Source: Candidatus Sumerlaeia bacterium (lineage in GTDB: Bacteria > Sumerlaeota > Sumerlaeia > SLMS01 > JANRJK01). Taken from it: a stretch of 64,000 nt of DNA. Location of the stretch: contig JANRJK010000013.1 of NCBI GenBank assembly GCA_033764015.1, positions 558,618 through 622,617 of the forward strand, given 5' to 3'. The position numbers were made by a program, and so were the translations under genes. Below are positions 8,848-17,102 of this stretch, one piece after another (positions within the stretch are counted from its first letter, which is position 1; the number at the start of each line of letters is the position of its first letter). Under the pieces are notes generated by a model. It saw nothing but the letters and a program-made list of their open reading frames with translations, did not search any database and was not told where the DNA came from.

Positions 8848-9195
8848 ATGGCCGACCAGGAACTGGCAGTCACCCCCGAGATCATCGAGAACGGCCACGC
8901 ATCGAGCATGGCGGACAAGGCGGCGGCCGCGCGCGAGCGGGCCCGCAAGGCCGCCGAATCGCTGAAGGAGAAGGCCGCCGAGACGGCGCATGTCGTTCGC
9001 GAGCGCGCCCATGAAGTCGCCGAAAAGGCGACGCATCAGGCGCAGGAAGCGTGGGAAGTCGTCAGCGACACTTCGCTTCGCGACGTCGAGGCCGCCACGA
9101 CGAAGTATGTCCGCGCGCACCCGGGCCGCAGCCTCCTCATGGCCGCCGGCGTGGGTCTGGTCGCCGGCCTCCTGATCGCCGGTCGCCGCCGCTAG
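8848..9195 (+). CDS. DUF883/ElaB/YqjD-family tail-anchored protein
   Basis: AAGGAG RBS; Ala/Lys/Glu-rich helix followed by YVRAHPGRSLLMAAGVGLVAGLLIAGRRR. Confidence 0.85.
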   Translation: MADQELAVTPEIIENGHASSMADKAAAARERARKAAESLKEKAAETAHVVRERAHEVAEKATHQAQEAWEVVSDTSLRDVEAATTKYVRAHPGRSLLMAAGVGLVAGLLIAGRRR

Positions 9196-9201
9196 GCGAC
9201 G

Positions 9202-9624
9202 ATGAACAATCAGCCCACCGGTGCGGGGGCCGATCCGGCCCCCGCACCGAACGCCGCGCTCCCCGGCGCGGACCGCGCTGGTTCGCCCGAAGCGGAGCGG
9301 CTCCTCGCGGAACTGCGCGCGCTCCTCCGCGAGGTCGCGCCTCTGCGGGACGACTTGGTTGCGTACCTGCGCGCGGAGGGGCGCCTCGCCGCGTTCGTGG
9401 CCGCGGAGAAGGCCCGCCTCGGTGCTCTCCGGTTCGGGCTGGGCGCGGCCGCCGCGGTTTGCCTGCTAGTCTGCTGGGTCTTCCTTGGCGTGCTGCTTTG
9501 GCGCGCGGCGGGGTTGGTTCCCGGCTGGCGGCTGCTTCAGCCCGCCGTCCTGATCGCCCAGCATGCGGTCGCCGCCGGATGGGCGCTCAGGGTCGCATCG
9601 AAGCTCCATTTGAAAGAGGATTAG
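9202..9624 (+). CDS. two-TM membrane protein, YqjE/holin-like
   Basis: Helical N-terminus (YLRAEGRLAAFVAAEK) plus two hydrophobic segments; lies directly after the DUF883 gene. Confidence 0.55.
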   Translation: MNNQPTGAGADPAPAPNAALPGADRAGSPEAERLLAELRALLREVAPLRDDLVAYLRAEGRLAAFVAAEKARLGALRFGLGAAAAVCLLVCWVFLGVLLWRAAGLVPGWRLLQPAVLIAQHAVAAGWALRVASKLHLKED

Positions 9625-9628
9625 CGCC

Positions 9629-9937
9629 ATGCCGCTTTCGGTCCGCCAAGCCGAGTACCTGAAGCTGCGCGACGAGGCGGTCGCGGGCCGCGCGCGGCTC
9701 GAGGGCCACCGCGCACCGCTCGCGGAGCGATGCCGCTCAACCGCGGGAGCCGCCCGCGAGGCGGCCGAAGCCCATCCGGTGGCGGCGGTTGCGATCACCG
9801 CAGGCGCGGGTCTGGTGGTCGCGGCGCTGCTGACGTCGCCGACCATCCGGCGAGGCGCGGGACTTCTCGGCACCGGCCTGCTGCGGCTGCCGAAGGCGGG
9901 TCTGCTGGGCTTGCTGGCGGCCGGGCGCGACGACTAG
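9629..9937 (+). CDS. small membrane protein, YqjK-like
   Basis: Charged helix, then HPVAAVAITAGAGLVVAALL; third gene of a yqjD-E-K-like run. Confidence 0.5.
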   Translation: MPLSVRQAEYLKLRDEAVAGRARLEGHRAPLAERCRSTAGAAREAAEAHPVAAVAITAGAGLVVAALLTSPTIRRGAGLLGTGLLRLPKAGLLGLLAAGRDD

Positions 9938-10809
9938 TCCGCGCGGACGCCCTCGACAAGCACGCGGCGGCGGAAGTCCTCCAGCAGCCGCTTCATCACG
10001 GGGCCCGCGGATCCATTGCCGATCACCCGGCCATCGAGCTTGGTGACCGGCATGATTTCCGCCCCCGTGCCCGTGAGGAACATCTCGTCCGCCACGTAGC
10101 AGTCGTATTGCGTGAGGCGCTCCTCGCGATGGGCGATGCCGAGCGCCGCCGCGATCTCGAGCACCGTCCGCCGCGTGATCCCCGGCAGCGCGCCCTGATA
10201 CAGCGGCGGAGTCCGCAGCAGTCCGTCCTTCACTGTGAACACGTTGGCGGCGGTCGCCTCGACGATGTAGCCGTTGCGGTCCAGCATGAGGGCGTCGTTC
10301 GCCCCGGCGTTGTTCGCCTCGATCTTCGCCAGCACGTTGTTGAGGTAGTTCAGGGACTTCACCCGCGGGCTGAAGTTGTCGGGGCCGACGCGCCTGGTTG
10401 AGGCGGTGACCACGGCGATCCCGGTGCTGTAGAGTTCGGCGGGGTAGAGGGCGATCTTGTCGGCGATGATGAACAGCGACGATTCCTTCGACTTCTTCGG
10501 ATCGATCCCGAGGTCGCCCACGCCGCGCGTCACGACCGTGCGGATGTAGCAGTCCTTGAAGCCGTTGCGGCGGACCGTCTCCACATGGGCGGCCTCGAGC
10601 GCGGCGCGCTCGACCGGGATCCGCAGGAGGATCGCCTTCGCCGAGTCGTACAGCCGGTCTAGGTGCTGCCCCAGCCGGAAGATGTTCCCGCTGTAGACGC
10701 GGGTGCCTTCGAACACGCCGTCGCCGTAGAGGATGGCGTGGTCGAACACGCTGATCTTCGCGTCCTCCCGCGAGAGGTACTGTCCGTCGAGGTAGATGGT
10801 GAGGCTCAT
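9934..10809 (-). CDS. ilvE: branched-chain amino acid aminotransferase
   Basis: ISVFDHAILYGDGVFEG, RVKSLNYLNN, GALPGITR, ADEMFLTGTGAEI. Confidence 0.95.
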   Translation of the reverse strand: MSLTIYLDGQYLSREDAKISVFDHAILYGDGVFEGTRVYSGNIFRLGQHLDRLYDSAKAILLRIPVERAALEAAHVETVRRNGFKDCYIRTVVTRGVGDLGIDPKKSKESSLFIIADKIALYPAELYSTGIAVVTASTRRVGPDNFSPRVKSLNYLNNVLAKIEANNAGANDALMLDRNGYIVEATAANVFTVKDGLLRTPPLYQGALPGITRRTVLEIAAALGIAHREERLTQYDCYVADEMFLTGTGAEIMPVTKLDGRVIGNGSAGPVMKRLLEDFRRRVLVEGVRAD

Positions 10810-10909
10810 GGGCGTGCGCGCTCCTTCCGCTCCGTGTCGTTCGCGCGGAGTGAAGCGGTTTAGAGGCCGCCGCCGCAAGTTCAAGATGTTGAACGCGAGT
10901 TAGGCGCCC

Positions 10910-13306
10910 CTAAAGCGCCCGCGCGGTGCGTTCCACGGAGCGCACTTCCGGTAGCGCCATCAGGTCGTCCAGCACCGCTTGCAGCTGGTCGAGGTTGTGG
11001 ACCTGCACGCCGAGGCGCAGGTAGGCCGTCTTGGTCTCCTGGTTGGTGCGCGTGTTGCAGTTGTCGATGTAGACTTGGTGCTTGGCGAAGACGCCGGTGA
11101 CGGCGTTGAGGAGGCCGGAGCGGTCTCCCGCCTCGATCATGAGAGGCACCACCCGCACGTCGTTGTCGATGTCGCCGCTCCAGGAGGCGGAGAGGACGCG
11201 GGCGGTTTCGTCCGCCTCGCCTTGGTTACGCTCGAGTGTCGAACAGGATTCGCGGTGGATGCTGATGCCCCGCCCGCGGGTGACGAAGGCGACGATCTTC
11301 TCGCCGGGGATCGGGTGGCAGCAGGAGGCCAGCCGGTAGGGTATCTCGCTATCCTCCATGCCCTCGATGACGACGGTGTTCGCCTTCCCCTTGCGGGCGC
11401 CCTTGTGGCGCTTCACCTGCTTCTCGACGTGCTTGGGGAAGAGGCGCGCGAAGATCGCCTGAGCGCTGAGCTGCTTGAATCCGATGTCGACGAGCAGATC
11501 GTCCCCGGCGGGGTAGCGCATCTCCTTCGCGAGCTTCCCGAGCGCCGCGTCGAACTCGCGCGTGGTCACCGTGAGGTTGTGCTCCTTGACGAGCCCCCAG
11601 ACTTCCTTCGCGCCGCTCTCGATCCAGACGGCGCGCTCCTTCGACTTGAGCCAGCGCTGCACCTTGTTGCGCGCGCGCGGCGTCTTGACGAACTGGAGCC
11701 AGTCGCGGCTGGGGTGTCCGCTGCTGCTGGTGATGATGTCCACCACGTCGCCGTTCTTCAGTTCGGTGCGCAGGTTCACCATGCGCTTGTTGATCTTCGC
11801 TCCGACGCAGCGGAAACCGAGGTCGGTGTGCACCATGAAGGCGAAGTCGATCGGCGTGGCGCCGACCGGGAGCTCGTAGCAGTCGCCCTTCGGGGTGAAG
11901 CAGTAGACCACATCTTCGATGAGGGAGCCCTTGACGTTTTCGAGGAAGCTGGTGCCTTCCTCCCCCTCCTCGATGATCGAATTCACCAGCTCGCGGACGT
12001 AGTTGAGGGTGTTGCGGAACTGCTCGGCGTTGGTCGTGCCGGCGGGGGCGCGGTCTTCCTTCTTGGCCTGCTCCTTGTACATCCAGTGCGCGGCGATGCC
12101 GTACTCCGCGTGGCGGTGCATCTCGAGCGTGCGGATCTGCACCTCGGTCACCTCGCCCTCGGCGCCGATCACGGTGGTGTGGAGCGACTGGTACCCGTTG
12201 TTCTTCGGGTTCGAGATGTAGTCCTTCAGCCGCCCGGGCAGCGGGCGGAACAGGTCGTGGATCTCGCCTAGGATGCGGTAGCACTGCTCCTTTTCCATGC
12301 ACACGATGCGGATCGCGTTCAGGTCGTAGATCTCGTCGAAGGAGAGGCCCTGCGTGGCCATCTTCTTGTGGATCGAGTAGAAGTGCTTGGAGCGGCCGTA
12401 GATGACGACGCCGGGGAACTTGGGTTCGAGTCGCGCCTTGAGGCCGTTGATGGCGGCGTTGACGAGCGCCTCGCGCTCGCGGGCCTTGAGCTGCACCTTC
12501 GACTTCAGGCTGCGGTACTCGTCCGGGGAGATCCAGCGCATCGCGGAGTCTTCGAGCTCGCGCTTGATGCGGGTGATGCCGAGGCGACCGGCGAGGGGGG
12601 CGAAGATGTCCAGGGTCTCGCGCGAGATCTCGATCCGCTTCTCCGGTCCCAAAGCCTTGAGGGTGCGCATGTTGTGGAGGCGGTCGCAGAGCTTGACGAG
12701 CACCACGCGGATGTCCTGCGCCATGGCGAGGAACAGCTTGCGGAGGTTTTCCGACTGCGCCTCCGTGCGCGTTTCGAACTTGATTCGGGAGATCTTGGTG
12801 ACGCCGTCCACGATGCGGACCACGTCGTGCGGGAATTCGTCGCCGAGCTGGCGGGAGGTGACCTCGGTGTCTTCGAGGACGTCGTGCAGAAGGGCCGCCG
12901 CGATGCTGGCGCCGTCGAGATTGAGGTCGCCGACGAGGTGGGCGACCGCCAGCGGATGCGTGATATAGGGTTCGCCGGTCGAGCGCTTCTGGTGACGGTG
13001 TGCGTGGGCGGCGACCTCGTGCGCGCGGCGGACCATGGCGCGGTCGGCCTCCGGGGTCAGGGCGAGCAGCGTCTCGACGGTCTGTAGCGCCTCCGCCTGC
13101 GGGGGCGACTCATGCGAATTGCCGATCTCCATGAGGAGTTCCGGCGGCAGCGCGATGCCGGTGCTGGAGGTCCGCGTGAGGCTTCCCGAAATGGGAACGT
13201 CGCCCCCGTCGTCGGCGGCGGAGTGGCTCCCTTCCGCCGCGCCGTTGGTCGGAGCGGCGCCTTCCGTGCGGCGGGATTTGCTGGATCGGGACAGTGCGGA
13301 CTCCAT
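10910..13306 (-). CDS. rel: bifunctional (p)ppGpp synthetase/hydrolase (Rel/SpoT)
   Basis: GEPYITHP, intact HD motif (LLHDVLED), RLKDYI, NGYQSLHT, EVQIRT; TGS domain (FTPKG, TPIDFAF), SCCHPIPG and an ACT domain. Confidence 0.96.
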   Translation of the reverse strand: MESALSRSSKSRRTEGAAPTNGAAEGSHSAADDGGDVPISGSLTRTSSTGIALPPELLMEIGNSHESPPQAEALQTVETLLALTPEADRAMVRRAHEVAAHAHRHQKRSTGEPYITHPLAVAHLVGDLNLDGASIAAALLHDVLEDTEVTSRQLGDEFPHDVVRIVDGVTKISRIKFETRTEAQSENLRKLFLAMAQDIRVVLVKLCDRLHNMRTLKALGPEKRIEISRETLDIFAPLAGRLGITRIKRELEDSAMRWISPDEYRSLKSKVQLKAREREALVNAAINGLKARLEPKFPGVVIYGRSKHFYSIHKKMATQGLSFDEIYDLNAIRIVCMEKEQCYRILGEIHDLFRPLPGRLKDYISNPKNNGYQSLHTTVIGAEGEVTEVQIRTLEMHRHAEYGIAAHWMYKEQAKKEDRAPAGTTNAEQFRNTLNYVRELVNSIIEEGEEGTSFLENVKGSLIEDVVYCFTPKGDCYELPVGATPIDFAFMVHTDLGFRCVGAKINKRMVNLRTELKNGDVVDIITSSSGHPSRDWLQFVKTPRARNKVQRWLKSKERAVWIESGAKEVWGLVKEHNLTVTTREFDAALGKLAKEMRYPAGDDLLVDIGFKQLSAQAIFARLFPKHVEKQVKRHKGARKGKANTVVIEGMEDSEIPYRLASCCHPIPGEKIVAFVTRGRGISIHRESCSTLERNQGEADETARVLSASWSGDIDNDVRVVPLMIEAGDRSGLLNAVTGVFAKHQVYIDNCNTRTNQETKTAYLRLGVQVHNLDQLQAVLDDLMALPEVRSVERTARAL

Positions 13307-13456
13307 CGGAAGAACCTCGATTCGGACCTTCTCGCGCGGAGCGATGAAACCCGTAAAGGGTTATCTCGGGATAAACCCCTTGCTTGGCGGGATCATGGGG
13401 CGCTTCGGTCGGCGGCGACGAGCGCTGGGGGAGGGCCCGGGGAGGTGTCGGCGGCA

Positions 13457-13473
13457 AGTAAAAAGATTTTACT
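13457..13473. promoter_or_regulatory. AT-rich palindrome in the divergent rel / LacI-regulator promoter region
   Basis: AGTAAAA-aga-TTTTACT is a perfect inverted repeat in an otherwise very GC-rich region; TTGACC hexamers follow downstream. Confidence 0.45.
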
Positions 13474-13556
13474 AAAACCCTCAATTAGCGCTTGACCATC
13501 CCGACCCGCCGGTGGGCACCTTGACCGTAGGCCAAGGCAGAGAGGAATCAGCGCCG

Positions 13557-14639
13557 ATGGGCGTTCCGCCGAACCGGTTCCGCAAGAAGAAGCGCGTCAC
13601 GATCACCGACGTGGCACTCGAAGCGAAGGTCTCGATCGCGGCGGTTTCGCGCATCCTGAACAACAACTACGAAGGTTTCTCCGCGCGCGAGGAGACGAAG
13701 GCGCGCGTGCTGGAGGCGGCGCGCCGCCTCGGATACCGCCCCAGCCGGGCCGCCATCAGCCTCGCCACGGGGCGCCACGACGCCATCGCGCTCTGCCTTC
13801 CCGCCTCGCAGTTCGGCTCGGGCCCCGTGAACGTCTCCTCGATGGACCAAGTGTTCCAGCAGTTCGAAATGATGCTCGTGATCAGCGGCCTGCGACGCGG
13901 CCTCATCGACCACCACCAGGACCTGATCCTGGTGGACGCCGCCAAAGAGCGCCGCCCCGACGAGTTCGTCCTCCAGCTCCAGGACAAGGTCGACGGCGTC
14001 ATCTGGGTGAACCCGGACGACGAAGCCGACACGCTGAACGAGATCCTCAACGCCGGCCTGCCGCTCGCCGTGGTGGGCTCGTCGCCCGTGACGGGCAACT
14101 TCGTGAACGTCCGCGCGGACGAACACACCGCCGGGCGCATGGGCATGGGGCACGTCCTGATCCGCGGCGCCAAGACCGTGCTGGTCGCAGTACCCAAGGA
14201 ACGCGCCAACCAGGTGGGCATCAAGGAGCGCATCGAGGGCGCCAAGAAGGCCGCCAACGACTTCACCAAGTCGAAGGTGGCCGCCCAGACCCTTCTGGTC
14301 CCCCGGGACACCGCCAAAGGCCGCGTGGTCTTCGCAGAGTACCTCGACAAGAAGGGGATCCCCGACGCGATCCTCACGCTGGACGGCCACCTTCCCTTCG
14401 CGATCCTCTCGGAGCTGTACGAGCGCGATTTCGACGTGCCGAACGACCTGCTCCTGGTCGGGTTCGAAGAGAATCCGCTCTACTCGGTGAACGCCCCGTC
14501 GCTGACGGGCCTCCGCTACCCGATGGAGCAGCTCTGCTACGAAGCCGCCGCGGCGCTGATGCAGCTCATCGCGACCGGCGAGGTGCCCGAGCCCGTCCTG
14601 CGCGTCCCGCAACTGATCGCCCGCGCCAGCGCGCCCTGA
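13557..14639 (+). CDS. LacI-family transcriptional regulator
   Basis: VTITDVALEAKVSIAAVSRILN HTH, ARRLGYRPSRAAISL hinge, VPNDLLLVGFE, PSLT; GAGGA RBS. Confidence 0.93.
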   Translation: MGVPPNRFRKKKRVTITDVALEAKVSIAAVSRILNNNYEGFSAREETKARVLEAARRLGYRPSRAAISLATGRHDAIALCLPASQFGSGPVNVSSMDQVFQQFEMMLVISGLRRGLIDHHQDLILVDAAKERRPDEFVLQLQDKVDGVIWVNPDDEADTLNEILNAGLPLAVVGSSPVTGNFVNVRADEHTAGRMGMGHVLIRGAKTVLVAVPKERANQVGIKERIEGAKKAANDFTKSKVAAQTLLVPRDTAKGRVVFAEYLDKKGIPDAILTLDGHLPFAILSELYERDFDVPNDLLLVGFEENPLYSVNAPSLTGLRYPMEQLCYEAAAALMQLIATGEVPEPVLRVPQLIARASAP

Positions 14640-14645
14640 TCGAAC

Positions 14646-14948
14646 GTGGTCCACGAACTCGTCCTTTGCACCGAACCGTACCAGGAGCTGGGCGACCTCC
14701 ACGCGCGCCTTCCGGAGCTGTTCTCCGGCGGCGTGAAGGTCATCGTGGTGGATCTGGCGGCGACGCCGTTCATCGACTCCATGGTGATCGGGCAGCTGGT
14801 GAAGCTGCAGCTCGAGTGCCACCGCCGGTCGGGTCTGCTCGAACTGCGCAACATTGGCGACAACGCGCGGCGGACGCTTGGGTACTCGGGGCTCGCGGAG
14901 CTGTTCGGCCTCGACGAGCCCGAGCCGCCCCGATTCGGGCGGCCGTAG
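14646..14948 (+). CDS. STAS-domain anti-sigma-factor antagonist
   Basis: VIVVDLAATPFIDSMVIGQLV carries the conserved phospho-Ser motif; ends RRTLGYSGLAELF. Confidence 0.82.
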   Translation: MVHELVLCTEPYQELGDLHARLPELFSGGVKVIVVDLAATPFIDSMVIGQLVKLQLECHRRSGLLELRNIGDNARRTLGYSGLAELFGLDEPEPPRFGRP

Positions 14949-15052
14949 CACCCCCGGCCAGAATTGACACCCCCTCCACGACCAGCGCCCTATTGAATGG
15001 ACTGGCTCCTCGCATGTAGAGGGGACGGAAGCGGCTTCCGAAAGGAGTTCCC

Positions 15053-16060
15053 GTGAACGACGCGCTCCTCACCCAAATGGCCCAAGCGGCGGCGGCGAAA
15101 GCGATGACGAACGAAGGCGGCGGTACTTCCGGTGTAGTGATGCCCCCTCCCCAAGGCTCCGGTCTGAGCCTAGCCGGCGGGCCGAGATTCATCGCCTTCA
15201 TGGTGGTGCTCTTCGGAGTCACCGGGCTGGGGTACCTGATCCACCCGATCGCGGCGATCCCGGCCGGCGTGTTGGGCCTCGTCCTAGGTGTCATCATCGT
15301 CCGGATGATCCACATCGCCGCGCAGTGGGAGCGCGGCGTGCAGCTCCGGCTCGGCAAGCTGATGGCCGTCCGCGAGCCCGGACTCATCATGATCTTCCCG
15401 GTCATCGACCACCTCGAGATCGTCGACACGCGCGTGCAAACGCTAGAGATCCCGCGCCAGCGTGTGATCACCCGCGACAACGTCCCGGTGTCTGTGAACG
15501 GCGTCCTCTACTTCAAGATCAACGACGTGCGCGTGGCGCTGACGTCGGTGCAGGACTACAAGTTCGGCATCCTCAACTATTCGATGGCGGCGCTGCGCGA
15601 CGTGATCGGGCGCCTGACACTGGACGAACTGCTCGCGGAGCGCGACCAGATCCAGAAGGAGATCGAAACCGCGATCGAGAAGCAGTCCGCCGCTTGGGGC
15701 CTCTCCGTGGAAGCGCTCCGGCTCCAGGACATCGACATGCCCGAAGAGTTGAAGCGGATGATGTCCCGCCAGGCCTCCGCGGAGCGCGAGAAGCGCGCGA
15801 CGATCACCAAGGCGGAAGGCGACAAGCTGGCGGCGCTCAACCTGGCCGACGCGGCGCGCACCATGTTCGCCAGCCCCGGCGCGATGCAGCTGCGCACGCT
15901 CCAGACGCTCGACAGCCTGGGCAGTTCGCCCTCGAACACGGTGGTTCTTGCGATGCCGACCGACGTGTTCGAGGTGGTCCACAAGCTCGCGCACGGCAAG
16001 AGCTTCATCCCTGCCGACGGCGCGGAAGCCCCGGTGCGGCCGGAGGAACTCGGAGGGTAG
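15053..16060 (+). CDS. SPFH/band 7 (stomatin/slipin) protein
   Basis: QWERGVQLRLGK, QRVITRDNVPVSVN, LDELLAERD, MSRQASAEREKRA, AMQLRTLQTL; AAAGGAG RBS. Confidence 0.93.
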   Translation: MNDALLTQMAQAAAAKAMTNEGGGTSGVVMPPPQGSGLSLAGGPRFIAFMVVLFGVTGLGYLIHPIAAIPAGVLGLVLGVIIVRMIHIAAQWERGVQLRLGKLMAVREPGLIMIFPVIDHLEIVDTRVQTLEIPRQRVITRDNVPVSVNGVLYFKINDVRVALTSVQDYKFGILNYSMAALRDVIGRLTLDELLAERDQIQKEIETAIEKQSAAWGLSVEALRLQDIDMPEELKRMMSRQASAEREKRATITKAEGDKLAALNLADAARTMFASPGAMQLRTLQTLDSLGSSPSNTVVLAMPTDVFEVVHKLAHGKSFIPADGAEAPVRPEELGG

Positions 16061-16088
16061 AGCGGGCGGCGCTACCATGGAATGAACA

Positions 16089-16117
16089 AGGGGCGGCCGG
16101 ATGACTCGGCCGCCCCT
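16089..16117. terminator. hairpin between convergent genes (probably a bidirectional terminator)
   Basis: AGGGGCGGCCG-gatgact-CGGCCGCCCCT, a perfect 11-bp stem flanked by A-rich and T-rich sequence. Confidence 0.7.
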
Positions 16118-16147
16118 GATTGTTTCCGGGCTGGAGGCGAAGCGCGC

Positions 16148-16309
16148 TCAGTGCGGCGCGGCTCCGCCCTCCTCCTCGTCCGTCTCTTCCGCGTGGTCGC
16201 TCTGGTCGAGGCGCCAAACCACGTAGGGAACCGTGACGATGCCGACGAAGGCCACGGCGAAGTAGGCCAGCAGCGTGATCAGCTCTTTGGTAGTCATTTG
16301 GTCGAACAT
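16148..16309 (-). CDS. 53-aa single-TM small protein (absent from the ORF track)
   Basis: MFDQMTTKELITLLAYFAVAFVGIVTVPYVVWRLDQSDHAEETDEEEGGAAPH*; AAGGAG RBS at 16320-16325 on the minus strand; mostly G/C third codon positions. Confidence 0.7.
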   Translation of the reverse strand: MFDQMTTKELITLLAYFAVAFVGIVTVPYVVWRLDQSDHAEETDEEEGGAAPH

Positions 16310-16406
16310 GGCGCCGGGACTCCTTCGCGGGCTAGCTTGTGTGGTCGTGCCGCGGAGCGGTTATGGCGTCCCGGCACGTGGAGACGCGCAACGGAAAACT
16401 CAGCTT

Positions 16407-16952
16407 TCACCCTTCGCGCTTGCCATGCGCATCGACGGCCGTGTGCACCACGCACTGGATTTCGCACGCGTCGCACGCTTCCGGACCCGGGCACTCGTCC
16501 TTGTGGGCGCGAAAGGCGTCGAGGAAGTCGCGCACGACCTTTTCGTTTCCGTGGCCGTGGATGAAGTGGAGGAACCCGAGCAGTTTGGCGCGGGTTTCGG
16601 AGCTGACGAGGTGCTCGACCTTGCAGGCGTCGATGTTCGCCTGCGATTCCGAGACGCCGAGGACCTCCCGCAGGAACGACGCGAGGGCGACGTTCGACGC
16701 GTGGATCTCCGACGCGGTGCGCTCGCCGAGCGGGCTGAGGCGGAGGAAGCGGTTGTGGTCCTCGTCCACGTATCCGCGCTGCTTGAGCGCCTTGATGCTG
16801 ACGCTGGCGGAGCCGGGCGTGATCTCCAACTCGCGGGCGACGTCGGTGACGCGGCAATAGCCCTGCGCCTTGAAGACGTCGTGGATGGCCATCAGGTAAT
16901 GGGCCATGCTGTGGGAGATTTCGTGTTCCTCGAACTCTTTCCAGACTTTCAT
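16407..16952 (-). CDS. DtxR/MntR-family metal-dependent transcriptional regulator
   Basis: SHSMAHYLMAI, RVTDVARELEITPGSAS, FLREVLGV...ANIDACKVEHLVS; Cys-rich tail. Confidence 0.88.
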   Translation of the reverse strand: MKVWKEFEEHEISHSMAHYLMAIHDVFKAQGYCRVTDVARELEITPGSASVSIKALKQRGYVDEDHNRFLRLSPLGERTASEIHASNVALASFLREVLGVSESQANIDACKVEHLVSSETRAKLLGFLHFIHGHGNEKVVRDFLDAFRAHKDECPGPEACDACEIQCVVHTAVDAHGKREG

Positions 16953-17102
16953 GGCGACCTCGCGCGGCACAGGCCCGCAAAACTGGTTCCAGCTTAGCCG
17001 CGGCCGCATTCGAAGCAAGCGGAAGGGGCGCGGCGCACTCGGGCCGGGATGCCTTGACCGTCCCCTCCGCCCTGGCTAACGTCTTGCTCACCGGGGTGGG
17101 GG

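Noticed and set aside
16979..16996. AAACTGG-tt-CCAGCTT near-palindrome as a DtxR/MntR operator
   Set aside because: It is short, imperfect and unlike the known DtxR box; it could be chance.
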